Assembly: GCA_963662665.2 (NCBI GenBank)
Contig: CAXXJS010000037.1
Span: forward strand, 1-64,000
Length of the DNA stretch: 64,000 bases
From: Candidatus Latescibacterota bacterium
GTDB taxonomy: Bacteria > Latescibacterota > UBA2968 > GCA-2709665
Reading direction: 5' to 3'
Shown: piece by piece, positions 31,203-40,809 of the stretch
Numbering within the stretch: position 1 is the stretch's first letter
Layout: every line of letters starts with the position of its first letter
Program-made: the position numbers and the translations under genes
The notes under the pieces: generated by a model
What the model was told of the DNA's origin: nothing
Database searches by the model: none
Seen by the model: only the letters and a program-made list of their open reading frames with translations

Positions 31203-33161
31203 CTACAACAACACTCTCTTAACGGTCTGGCTCCATTGCTTCCGGAAAAACAGATCACCGTTCAAATATACGTTCAGTCCCAGGTTCATCACAAAACAAT
31301 CCGCGTCGCTCGTCAGTGATCCGGTCGCTTCGGACCGCACCTCGCACCCCGGCCACGCCACCGACGCCGTCTTTTTCGAACGGGTCCAGGCCTCCTCGGG
31401 CGTTCGGTTCGAGACCCCCATCTCACCTTCTCCCCCGAACAGAACCAGGCGGTACCGGTCTTCCAGAACGTCGTGTACCACCTGCCAGGGCGTGTCGCCG
31501 GATCCGGTCGGCCTCGCGGCATGCGGTGACGGGAGGTACGGATATTCCGGATCGCTCCCCCCGTTCCAAACCGGCAATGTGATCCTCGACGGGAACTCCG
31601 GTCCCCAGTGAACCGTGATGCGACCCGACCGCGGCGTGGGCCAAACGTTGGGGAAATCCGATCCGTTGATGCTGATCCCGATGCGGTGTCCCTTCGTGAA
31701 TCTCCACGCCGTTGCTTCCATATGAAACGCGACAGTAGAAACTTCGCCCGGAGCCATGGGAACAACCCGGTCCATCCCCTCCCGCCGGGTCGCGTTCAAT
31801 ATTCCCTTTGTCACGAGTACGCTGGCGCCGTCCGGCGCAATCTCCAATAGCCGGACGGCCACCGGTATCACCTCCGCGTCAGAACTGATACAAAGGCTGA
31901 ACGCCGGTGTTCCCAGGATCGACATCGGCTCCGCAAGCGGCGGTGAAACAAAATTGATCGCCCGCGCCGAATCCTCCCGCTGGTCTCCCGGCAGCGTGAA
32001 AGGCGTCCCGCCGTCCCACAACCCGCCATGCCGGCATGCGGCCGGCAGATATGCTGCTGAAGTTGCCCCCGCTTCTTCTGCAGGACCGCCCGTCAGGTTT
32101 TCGCCGTGAAGATAGAATGCCGCCGACGCCTGCCGGGGAAGGTCTTCGGCCATTCGCCATCCACCAGCTATCATGGTGCGATCCGTCACCGGTTCTTCAT
32201 GTTGTCGCTGGTATATCTGCACGGGGGGTTCTTCCGCAACGCCGTTGTCCATCTCCTTCAGCCAGCAGTCCCACCAGCGCAGCAATTCATAGAAGACGTC
32301 GATCCGGGGTCCACAGTGCGACTGGTCTCCGTACGAATGCGACCATGGCCCCATCAGCAGGCGTTTGGGCGACCGCAGCGCCCGGTATACCCGCAGCGGC
32401 GGCGTGGGGTATCCGTCGTGCCAGCCGCCAATCAGCAGGGCGGCCGCCTGAATATGATCGTAGCGCCCGGATATGGAACCCACCGCCCAGTAGTCATCCT
32501 CCACCTGATGGGAAATCCACTTCAGCAGATACGGCTCGTTCTGCTCCAGCCTCTGCAGCCAGAGTTCGCTCCACCGCTCGCCGACGGCTTCGCGAAACGG
32601 GGGAAGGCCGTTGCGCGCCACCATATTCAGGCCGTAGGTCAGCATGTCATAGAAGCCTCTCAGGCATCCGCCTTTGTAGTGACAGTCATCGGTATACCTT
32701 CTGTCTGTAAAATAGGCAGGCGCGATCGCTTTCAGCGCAGGCGGCGCCATCGCCGCCACCTGCAGGGTGGTGAATCCGCTATAGGACGTACCCAGCATTC
32801 CCACGCGACCATCGCACCAGGACTGATCCGCCAACCAGGCGATTGCGTCAAATCCGTCCTGCGTTTCCTCCGCCATATACTCATCCTTGCTTACGCCCTC
32901 AGAATTACCTGTTCCCCGTGCATTCAGATAGACAAAGGAATATCCGCGCCTTGCGAAGTAACGTGCAATCGGCGCGGTGGATCCGTCCGACCCGCCGCGG
33001 TACGGGTCGTACCACACCAGTGCCGGAAACTCATCTTCGGTCAACGGCCGGGTTATCGTGGCGCCCAGAGAGATCCCGTCGCGTGTTGGGATGCGATATT
33101 GATTACTCGTCCGGAAACCGTATTCAGGCGTCGAACAGATTTGCCTCTTTGACAGATCCAT
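31203..33161 (-). CDS. CocE/NonD family serine hydrolase
   Basis: RDGISL, PY, RGTGNSEG, WCDGRVGMLGTSYSG, GGWHD, GPWSH; C-terminal beta domain. Confidence 0.92.
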   Translation of the reverse strand: MDLSKRQICSTPEYGFRTSNQYRIPTRDGISLGATITRPLTEDEFPALVWYDPYRGGSDGSTAPIARYFARRGYSFVYLNARGTGNSEGVSKDEYMAEETQDGFDAIAWLADQSWCDGRVGMLGTSYSGFTTLQVAAMAPPALKAIAPAYFTDRRYTDDCHYKGGCLRGFYDMLTYGLNMVARNGLPPFREAVGERWSELWLQRLEQNEPYLLKWISHQVEDDYWAVGSISGRYDHIQAAALLIGGWHDGYPTPPLRVYRALRSPKRLLMGPWSHSYGDQSHCGPRIDVFYELLRWWDCWLKEMDNGVAEEPPVQIYQRQHEEPVTDRTMIAGGWRMAEDLPRQASAAFYLHGENLTGGPAEEAGATSAAYLPAACRHGGLWDGGTPFTLPGDQREDSARAINFVSPPLAEPMSILGTPAFSLCISSDAEVIPVAVRLLEIAPDGASVLVTKGILNATRREGMDRVVPMAPGEVSTVAFHMEATAWRFTKGHRIGISINGSDFPNVWPTPRSGRITVHWGPEFPSRITLPVWNGGSDPEYPYLPSPHAARPTGSGDTPWQVVHDVLEDRYRLVLFGGEGEMGVSNRTPEEAWTRSKKTASVAWPGCEVRSEATGSLTSDADCFVMNLGLNVYLNGDLFFRKQWSQTVKRVLL

Positions 33162-33351
33162 CTGTTATTCCTCACCTTTGTGTTGACAGCGCCATCCGGA
33201 TTGTTTACTTAAAAACTGCGGGTTCCCGAACGTAAACTCGGTCTCATCGTACGTTAACGGAATTTACGGATGTTTACGTCAGGGTCGGCGACGGGGCATT
33301 TGCCTGAACCTGCGACAATCGATCCGTTCACTCGCTTTGCCTGGAGAAACG

Positions 33352-35181
33352 ATGCGCTACAAGAGCATGCGCCACTGCGTCCACGACCTGGAAAAACACG
33401 GCCACCTCGTCCGGATCAGGGATGAAGTGGATCCCAACCTTGAAATGGCCGAGATTCACCGCCGCGTCTACCAGTCTCGCGGCCCTGCCCTTTTTTACGA
33501 GAACGTCAAAGGCAGCGCGTTTCCGGCGGTGTCGAACCTGTTCGGCACCCTTGAGCGTTCCAGATTTATCTTCCGATCCACCTTCGAGTGGGTCAGGCGT
33601 CTTATTGAAATCAAGGCCGACCCGCCCGCCTATCTCAAAGCGCCCTGGAAAGCCGCGGGTATCGCCCGCATCGCGCCGACTATACCGCCCCGAAGGGTCC
33701 GGTCCGGTCCCGTTCTCAGACACAGGACCACAGTCTCCCGCCTGCCGCAGATCAAGTGCTGGCCTGACGACGGCGGCGCCTTCATCCTGCTTCCCCAGGT
33801 TTACACCGAAGATCCACTGAATCCAGGTATTCTCAAGTCCAACCTGGGGATGTACCGCGTTCAGATGTCGGGCAACCAGTACGAACCGGACAAAGAGGTC
33901 GGGCTGCACTACCAGATCCGGCGGGACATCGGCATCCACCATACAAATGCTATCGCAGAGGGCGAGCCACTTCGGGTCAGCGTTTTTGTCGGGGGGCCGC
34001 CCGCCCACACGTTCGCGGCGGTTATGCCCCTTCCCGAAGGCCTGCCCGAAGTCGCATTCGCGGGAGGCCTGGCCGGCCGCCGGTTCCGTTATACACAAAA
34101 AAACGGCTTCACCATATCCGCCGAAGCCGATTTCTGCGTTACGGGCGTCGTAAACCCGGGTGAAACCCTGCCCGAAGGCCCGTTCGGCGACCACCTGGGA
34201 TATTACAGTCTGGCCCACGAATTCCCGGTGTTGAACGTAGAGGCCGTCTATCACCGCAAGGACGCGGTCTGGCCCTTCACCGTCGTGGGACGGCCGCCGC
34301 AGGAAGACACCGCCTTCGGGGAACTCATCCACGAGTTGACAGGTCCCATGGTCCCCGTCGAACTACCCGGCCTCAAGGCCATCAACGCCGTCGACGCCGC
34401 CGGCGTTCACCCTCTGCTTCTGGCCATCGGCAGCGAGCGTTACGTGCCCTATCGCGAACGGCAGCCGCAGGAAATCCTCACCATTGCCAACGCCCTGCTG
34501 GGATTCGGCGCGTGCTCGCTCGCCAAGTTTCTATTGATCGTCGCCGGCGAAGACAATCCGCAACTGGATATTCACAACATCGGCAGTTTTCTCGGCCACC
34601 TGCTCGAACGCGTCGACTGGACTCGCGACCTGCACTTTCAGACCCGAACGACCATCGATACCCTGGACTATTCCGGCACCGGCCTGAACGAAGGTTCCAA
34701 GGTTGTGATCGCCGCGGCAGGTGAAAAAAAACGGGATCTGCCCACCGGGATTGCACACAATCTGATCCTGCCCGAAGAACTGAAGAATCCTCGGGTTGCG
34801 CTTCCGGGCATCCTGGCCGTAGAGGCGCCCCGCTATATTACTCCTGCCGACGCGGAAACGGCCCAACGGCTGACAGCCGCCCTGGAATTGGTGGACCGGG
34901 TACGGGATTTTCCATTGATTCTGCTCGTGGACGACGCCGACTTCACCGCGCGCACGCTGAACAATTTCCTTTGGGTTACGTTTACCCGGTCCAATCCCTC
35001 GCACGACATTTACGGTGTCGGGAGTTTCATCGAAAACAAACATTGGGGCTGTCACGGACCCTTGATCATCGACGCCCGCCTCAAGCCCCACCACGCGCCG
35101 CCTCTGGTTGAAGATCCGCACGTCAGGCGGAAAGTGGATCGTCTGGGCGAGCCCAACGGCCCCCTTCACGGCGTCATTTGA
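33352..35181 (+). CDS. UbiD family (de)carboxylase, possibly menaquinone biosynthesis
   Basis: WPDDGG, NLGMYRVQ, PEGPFGDHLGYY, VVGRPPQED, DTLDYSG. Confidence 0.9.
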   Translation: MRYKSMRHCVHDLEKHGHLVRIRDEVDPNLEMAEIHRRVYQSRGPALFYENVKGSAFPAVSNLFGTLERSRFIFRSTFEWVRRLIEIKADPPAYLKAPWKAAGIARIAPTIPPRRVRSGPVLRHRTTVSRLPQIKCWPDDGGAFILLPQVYTEDPLNPGILKSNLGMYRVQMSGNQYEPDKEVGLHYQIRRDIGIHHTNAIAEGEPLRVSVFVGGPPAHTFAAVMPLPEGLPEVAFAGGLAGRRFRYTQKNGFTISAEADFCVTGVVNPGETLPEGPFGDHLGYYSLAHEFPVLNVEAVYHRKDAVWPFTVVGRPPQEDTAFGELIHELTGPMVPVELPGLKAINAVDAAGVHPLLLAIGSERYVPYRERQPQEILTIANALLGFGACSLAKFLLIVAGEDNPQLDIHNIGSFLGHLLERVDWTRDLHFQTRTTIDTLDYSGTGLNEGSKVVIAAAGEKKRDLPTGIAHNLILPEELKNPRVALPGILAVEAPRYITPADAETAQRLTAALELVDRVRDFPLILLVDDADFTARTLNNFLWVTFTRSNPSHDIYGVGSFIENKHWGCHGPLIIDARLKPHHAPPLVEDPHVRRKVDRLGEPNGPLHGVI

Positions 35182-35188
35182 ACGGTGT

Positions 35189-36622
35189 TCAATAAAGATC
35201 GTCCGCCGTAGTCACCGCACACCACCGTGCAATAATCAGCTCGTCGATCAAGGCCTTCCGGGCTCTGGGTGTGCCAATGCGCCTGAGCGCCATTCCCGCA
35301 TAAAACCGGTTGTAGCGATTTTCGTCCCCCAGCACGTCAATCAGGTCATCCACCGCAGGGTCTCCCGCTTCGCCAAGGTTGCAAAGCACCAGGGCCGCAT
35401 TGCGCCGAACACGGTAATCGGGATCCGCTACCGCCCGGAACACCGCAGGCAGTACATCTTCGGAATCCGCCCCCATGGAGCGCAACGCTTCCAGCGCGTT
35501 GCGACGGACCCACCAGTGATCGTCGGCGACCCTCCCGACAAGGCCGGATACCGCGGCGCGCGCTTCCGGGCCCATCCGGGCGAGCACGTCCGCCGCCATA
35601 GCGCGAATCCACCAGTGATTGTCCTCCAGCACTTCCAGAAGCGCGGGGACAACCGGCGCACCCATGGTTGACAATGCCCGCGCGGCCGCTCCCGGCGTGG
35701 GATTGGTGCCGTGAGCGTTGTCGGCCGTCGTTGCCGTGGTTTCCTCGATAGCCGCCAGTGTCTCCCTGCGCATTGCGTCTACGAGAAGCGGTACTGACGT
35801 TGTGTCGCCAGCCAGCGCATATGCCGTATTGATACGCACGCACTCGTCCTCGTCGAACAGCCCCTCCTCTTTGACATCCCCTATCGCGTCCGAACGCCCG
35901 TTGACCTCCTGTCCCCGCAGCCAGCGCCACACATCCAGGGATACGGCCGGATTGGCGTCTTCGACGGGGGGCGTCCAGGCTTGCTCCTGATGGTTCCAGT
36001 TGGGCGCCAGCGGAGACCTCATACGCGTAAACTGAAACTTCAGCATGTACCGTTTTCTGCCGCTCACGTTAGGCGTTGCCCGGTGCCAGGAGTCAAAATG
36101 CATCAATGTCACGATCCCGGCGTCGCCGCAGATGGCATACTCGGGTTCGCGGGTTTCTTCCGGGTTGGGATCGGAAATGGTCTTATAGTTCTGCCAGCGC
36201 GGAATAACTCCTGACGGCCCCATGTCTTTCGTGGTATCCTGCGGATAATAGAAAGCCAGGACCCACTGAAAACGTGGATGCCGGATATTGTGGTCGAATA
36301 CATAACAATCCTTGTGCCAGCTCTGCCCCCGGTTACCCGGCGGATTCAGATGGCAATGACGGTGGGGGTTCATGATGTAATCGGGTCCGAGAAGGCTCGC
36401 CAACGCACCACGCACCACCGGCTGATCGAATACCTGCTGAATCCGGGGCACGCGCGGCAGAATATTGTTGCCAACATTGCCTTCCTTTTCGAAAACGGTT
36501 TCAATCTCGTCGTAAATCTTACCGTGTACGTCGGTGATCCCATCCGTCTGTACCGTAATGTATCCGTCCAGAATAAATCGCTGGATCTGAGTGTCCGTCA
36601 GAAGATGATTTGTCGCCGTCAT
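35189..36622 (-). CDS. PhyH-family dioxygenase fused to HEAT repeats
   Basis: LLTDTQIQRFILDGYI, QSWHKD, SWHRAT; C-terminal repeats D..WWIRAMAA / WWVRRNA / YRVRRNAA. Confidence 0.8.
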   Translation of the reverse strand: MTATNHLLTDTQIQRFILDGYITVQTDGITDVHGKIYDEIETVFEKEGNVGNNILPRVPRIQQVFDQPVVRGALASLLGPDYIMNPHRHCHLNPPGNRGQSWHKDCYVFDHNIRHPRFQWVLAFYYPQDTTKDMGPSGVIPRWQNYKTISDPNPEETREPEYAICGDAGIVTLMHFDSWHRATPNVSGRKRYMLKFQFTRMRSPLAPNWNHQEQAWTPPVEDANPAVSLDVWRWLRGQEVNGRSDAIGDVKEEGLFDEDECVRINTAYALAGDTTSVPLLVDAMRRETLAAIEETTATTADNAHGTNPTPGAAARALSTMGAPVVPALLEVLEDNHWWIRAMAADVLARMGPEARAAVSGLVGRVADDHWWVRRNALEALRSMGADSEDVLPAVFRAVADPDYRVRRNAALVLCNLGEAGDPAVDDLIDVLGDENRYNRFYAGMALRRIGTPRARKALIDELIIARWCAVTTADDLY

Positions 36623-36648
36623 CGTTCAACCTCCTCGTACGCCGGTCT

Positions 36649-38505
36649 TCACCGTGTTGCCGGAAGTCCGAAACCGAGCTTTCCCCGGGCTCTATTCACC
36701 GCCGTCACCACTTGTTCAACCGTGTAAAAATCGCTCTTGAAGACCTCCCGCCCGTCAGACGCATAGATCACGAGCAACGGGATGGTCAATCGGCCGGTAT
36801 TTCGCAGCTTTTCCTTGCCAACCGGGTTATTGCCCGTTATATCCACCTTGATCGCGGCCACGTCGGGCCGCGCCAGCAATTCCACGACTTCCGGGCTTTG
36901 CAGCACGTTGTGTTCCAGCACTTTACAGTTCAGACACCACTCCGCGGTAAAGTCCATCACCACAACCCGGCCCTCCTCCAGCGCCGCTTCCAACCGAGCG
37001 GGTGTGTAGAAAATCCAATCGATCGGCCCTTTATCCGTGAATCGGACGGCGCCCACCGCGGAAAAAACGAAAAGGGCCGCGCCCAGACAGCCGAAAAACG
37101 CGCGTCGTCCCGCCCGCGCGGTAATCCGCAATGTACCGTAAGCCAGCCAGAACCCGGCGGCAGCGCCAAATGCCATTACTGCCCACCAGTATCCCGTCCC
37201 CGGCGGGTCCGGCGGTGTGACGGCAAGCGCGCTGAGCCCCACGCCCACGAAATAGGCCGCCGCCGCCAGCATCAAGAGGCCCATCACCTGCTTGATCAAC
37301 TCGCTGGCCGGACCCGTTCGGGGCATCCGTTCCACAAGCGCCGGAAAGATCGACAACGCCATATATGGCGCCGCCATCCCGGCGCCGATCGAGGCGAACG
37401 TAAGCAGCGTGGTTGCCGGATATTGGGTGGCCGCCCACGCGGCGGCGGCCCCCATGAAAGGCGCCGTGCAGGGGGTGGAAAGCACTGCCGTCATAATGCC
37501 GAAGCCGAACGAACCCGCGAGGCTGTCCTGGCCGGGATTGATCCGGTAAACCGTTTGCGGCAACCGGACGTAAAACAGCCCGCACATGCCAACGGCCATA
37601 ACGGCGATGATCAGCCCGACGAAAATCGTAAACATTGGATACTGGAAAAGTTGATTGGTGGCAGTAAACCCGCTGACACCCGCGATCATCGTCCCCAGCG
37701 CCAGCCAGAAAGCGACCACGCCCAGCGACATTGACGCCCCCAGCACGAGACGTCGCGTCTGGTTCTCCGACGCCTGCGCCAGCCCGATAATCTTGATGGG
37801 AATCACCGGAAGCACGCAGGGCGTAAGATTCAGCAGCCCGCCGCCGAATGCTGCCACAAGAAGAAGCAGAATCAGACCTGCTCCGGATGACGTATCGATC
37901 GAAAATGTCCAGCCGAACAGATCGAAACGCACACCGCTTGTTTCAGAAACGGCGCCCGTGGCGCTATACCCTTCGAACAACGCTGAATTCACCCTGTTTA
38001 CAGGTTGGCCGGCGTCCACGATCCCGATCGACGCTTCCATTACGACCGTTTTTGGTATGAAACACGTGTACGCATCGCAGGCCTGATACTCCACTTCGAG
38101 TTTAAGTCCCTGAGATCCGGGTTGTACCTCGTCGCCCACCTTAATGGGGAGGAAGAAGACCGTTCGACCCTCGAAAACCATAAGATCGCCGTCCGCGTAA
38201 TCGGCCTGTATGGGATGCGGCTCAGGGAAACGAACGGCTTCCAGCGTCAGTCCGCTCGCCGCTTCGAGGATCCGTACGTCTGTAGGATACGGTTCAAAGT
38301 CACCGACGACCAACACCTGAGCCGGATCGGGATTGATGTGAAATCCTTCGTCGATATCCACCACGATGGCCAGCGCCACGAGGTCGCCCGGACGCGCCCC
38401 ATCCACGGGCCAGGCCGTACTCACCCTGACTTTGTCCTGCGCGTGGGCCGGCGCCGCCGCGATGACAAACGCTACCAGCAGGATCCATTTATCCATGTCT
38501 CGCAT
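36649..38505 (-). CDS. dsbD: Thiol:disulfide interchange protein DsbD
   Basis: N-terminal Ig-like YQAC...C; TM domain NLTPCVLP and TPCTAPF; thioredoxin DFTAEWCLNC. Confidence 0.88.
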   Translation of the reverse strand: MRDMDKWILLVAFVIAAAPAHAQDKVRVSTAWPVDGARPGDLVALAIVVDIDEGFHINPDPAQVLVVGDFEPYPTDVRILEAASGLTLEAVRFPEPHPIQADYADGDLMVFEGRTVFFLPIKVGDEVQPGSQGLKLEVEYQACDAYTCFIPKTVVMEASIGIVDAGQPVNRVNSALFEGYSATGAVSETSGVRFDLFGWTFSIDTSSGAGLILLLLVAAFGGGLLNLTPCVLPVIPIKIIGLAQASENQTRRLVLGASMSLGVVAFWLALGTMIAGVSGFTATNQLFQYPMFTIFVGLIIAVMAVGMCGLFYVRLPQTVYRINPGQDSLAGSFGFGIMTAVLSTPCTAPFMGAAAAWAATQYPATTLLTFASIGAGMAAPYMALSIFPALVERMPRTGPASELIKQVMGLLMLAAAAYFVGVGLSALAVTPPDPPGTGYWWAVMAFGAAAGFWLAYGTLRITARAGRRAFFGCLGAALFVFSAVGAVRFTDKGPIDWIFYTPARLEAALEEGRVVVMDFTAEWCLNCKVLEHNVLQSPEVVELLARPDVAAIKVDITGNNPVGKEKLRNTGRLTIPLLVIYASDGREVFKSDFYTVEQVVTAVNRARGKLGFGLPATR

Positions 38506-38708
38506 TGCAAAAGGCTCCTCAAAGGTACATCATTCTGAATGCCTGCTCTTTCCCGTAAAGGAAGTGAAAAGATGTCTTGATGGCAACGCTTTTTTCTTTG
38601 CAAACAACCGGGGCCGTCCTTAATTTAGGCCCGCAAAATCAACATCCCTGCGGCCATTCCATGCGGGCCCGAATTTCAGTTCTGAACCGCTATTGGAGAC
38701 TCCCTTCA

Positions 38709-39257
38709 TTGCATTTCCTGCGTGCCTACGTCCGCTTTGCGAATCGGTTGAATGAGCGCGTCGGCGTTGCCGTATCGTGGCTGACGACGGTCCTGGTGGC
38801 TGTTGTCTGTTACGACGTATTCACGCGTTATTTACTGCAAAGCAGTCTGGTGGCGGTGCAGGAGCTGCAATGGCACCTGTTTGCCGTTATTTTCCTGATC
38901 GGCGCGGCGTATACATTGAAACATGGCAAGCATGTGCGCGTGGACGTCTTTTACAATCGTTTCCCGGAAAAAACCAGGGCATGGGTGGATTTCGCCGGAA
39001 GCCTGCTCTTTCTCATACCCTTCTGCGTGGTCGCCATCTGGTGTTCCCACGCGTTTGTCATTAACGCCTTCATTATCGGGGAAGGTTCGCCGGATCCCGG
39101 CGGACTGCCCGCGCGGTTCATCCTGAAGGCCGCCATTCCCGCGGGGTTTTTTCTGCTGACCCTGCAGGGCCTGGCGCTGGCCGCTGGTTCGCTGTTTAAA
39201 ATTGCGGGCAGCCAGCCGATCGAACCTGAAACCGAACGACAGAGGGCGAACGCATAA
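38709..39257 (+). CDS. dctQ: TRAP transporter small permease (DctQ)
   Basis: YDVFTRY, QELQWHLF, GAAYTL..HVRVD, GEGSPDPGGLP; TTG start after GGAG. Confidence 0.9.
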   Translation: MHFLRAYVRFANRLNERVGVAVSWLTTVLVAVVCYDVFTRYLLQSSLVAVQELQWHLFAVIFLIGAAYTLKHGKHVRVDVFYNRFPEKTRAWVDFAGSLLFLIPFCVVAIWCSHAFVINAFIIGEGSPDPGGLPARFILKAAIPAGFFLLTLQGLALAAGSLFKIAGSQPIEPETERQRANA

Positions 39258-39418
39258 CAGCCCGTTGGAAAAGTCCATCCGGGCTGCGTCCGGCCCTTGT
39301 GGCCGAATGACTGCGTTGCGCTCCCTCCCCGAATCCCCCGATTCGACGCGGTCGCGCGCCTTGTCTTCGGCCACAATGACTCGGCCTCGCCTGCAGAGCG
39401 ACTTTTTCAACGGACTGA
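39257..39418. mobile_element. MITE family B copy 1 (160-bp core 39258-39417)
   Basis: TIRs CAGCCCGTTGGAAAAGTC / GACTTTTTCAACGGACTG; TA on both flanks; apparently identical to inverted copy at 62829-62988. Confidence 0.88.
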
Positions 39419-39420
39419 TA

Positions 39421-40737
39421 ATGGAAGCCATGCCGCTCATCCTGTTCGGGGTCCTGTTTGTACTGCTGCTGTTCGGTTTCCCGGTGGCATTCACGCTGGG
39501 CGGCGTCTCCTTCATCCTGGGTTATTTCACGTTCGGCATCGAATTCTTCAATTTGTTGCCCCTGCGCATATGGGGCGTGATGACGAATTACGTACTCATC
39601 GCGGTCCCTCTGTTTGTCTATATGGGCGTCATGCTCGAAAAATCCGGGCTTGCCGAGGAACTGCTGGAAACAATGGCGCTGCTCTTCGGCAAGTTGCGCG
39701 GCGGGCTCGCGGTTTCGGTCGTCGTCGTCGGCGCCCTTCTGGGCGCTTCGACCGGCATTGTCGGGGCAACCGTTGTTACCATGGGTCTCCTGAGCCTGCC
39801 GACCATGCTCCGACGCGGCTATCGCACCGAACTCGCCACGGGTATCATCTCCGCGTCCGGCACGCTGGGTCAGATCATCCCGCCCAGCATCGTCCTGGTG
39901 CTGCTGGGAAGTATCCTGAATATTTCCATTGGCGACATGTTCATTGCCGCCGTCATCCCCGGCATGTGCCTCGTAGGCCTCTACCTGACCTGGATCGTAA
40001 TTGTCGCCCTCACAAGGCCGGACTCCGCGCCGGCGATGCCCGTAGAGGACCTGGACCGGTTTGTGGGCTCCGTGAGAATCAAGCAGACCATCCACGCGTT
40101 TCTCCTTCCGGGCATGCTGATAGCGGCCGTCCTGGGCTCCATTTTTGCGGGCATCGCCTCCCCCACAGAGGCCGCCGCCGTGGGGGCACTCGGCGCCACC
40201 GTCCTCACGCTTTGCAAGCGAAAGCTATCGCTCGAAACCCTCAAGTCCGTTATGGCCGAGACCACCCATCTCACCTGTATGGTCTTCATCATACTGGTCG
40301 GCGCCACAGCCTTCGGCCTTGTATTCAGGGGAATGCACGGTGACGCGTACCTCACGCGACTGATCGTGGAAGCAGACCCGGGGCCCCACGTTTTCCTCGC
40401 GCTGGTTATGGTTGTCATTTTTGTCGCCGGGTTTTTCATAGATTTCATCGAGATTACGTTTATCATCGTTCCTGTTGTCGCGCCGATATTCGCACACCTG
40501 GGTGTCGACCTTCTCTGGGTAGGCGTCCTCATCGCAATGAATCTGCAGACCTCATTTCTGACACCGCCGTTCGGATTCTCCCTGTTCTACCTGAAAGGCG
40601 TCGCGCCGCCTGAAGTTCGGACCGGACACATCTATCGAGGCATCGTTCCCTTTATCATCGTCCAGCTAATCGGCCTTACCCTGGTGATCGTTTTTCCTGA
40701 AGTGGCCACGTGGCTGCCCCGATACCTGGCGTCCTGA
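39421..40737 (+). CDS. dctM: TRAP transporter large permease (DctM)
   Basis: GFPVAFTL, AVPLF, STGIVGA, SGTLGQIIPPS, SPTEAA, NLQTSFLTPPFG. Confidence 0.93.
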   Translation: MEAMPLILFGVLFVLLLFGFPVAFTLGGVSFILGYFTFGIEFFNLLPLRIWGVMTNYVLIAVPLFVYMGVMLEKSGLAEELLETMALLFGKLRGGLAVSVVVVGALLGASTGIVGATVVTMGLLSLPTMLRRGYRTELATGIISASGTLGQIIPPSIVLVLLGSILNISIGDMFIAAVIPGMCLVGLYLTWIVIVALTRPDSAPAMPVEDLDRFVGSVRIKQTIHAFLLPGMLIAAVLGSIFAGIASPTEAAAVGALGATVLTLCKRKLSLETLKSVMAETTHLTCMVFIILVGATAFGLVFRGMHGDAYLTRLIVEADPGPHVFLALVMVVIFVAGFFIDFIEITFIIVPVVAPIFAHLGVDLLWVGVLIAMNLQTSFLTPPFGFSLFYLKGVAPPEVRTGHIYRGIVPFIIVQLIGLTLVIVFPEVATWLPRYLAS

Positions 40738-40749
40738 TGAAGCAGAATT

Positions 40750-40778
40750 AAAAAAGGGACGCGCCTTTCGCGCGTCCC
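40750..40778 (-). terminator. Intrinsic terminator between convergent dctM and dctP
   Basis: AAAAAA-GGGACGCGC..GCGCGTCCC hairpin; U-tract on the minus strand. Confidence 0.65.
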
Positions 40779-40809
40779 ACTGAAACACGACTTTCGAAGT
40801 AAACAACCG

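Noticed and set aside
27949-33152. Long plus-strand ORFs (347, 533 and 348 aa)
   Set aside because: Shadows of proS, amidohydrolase, MBL, GT4 and CocE genes
39202-39420. N-terminal extension of dctM in the ORF track
   Set aside because: Read-through of MITE B sequence; the likely start is ATG 39421
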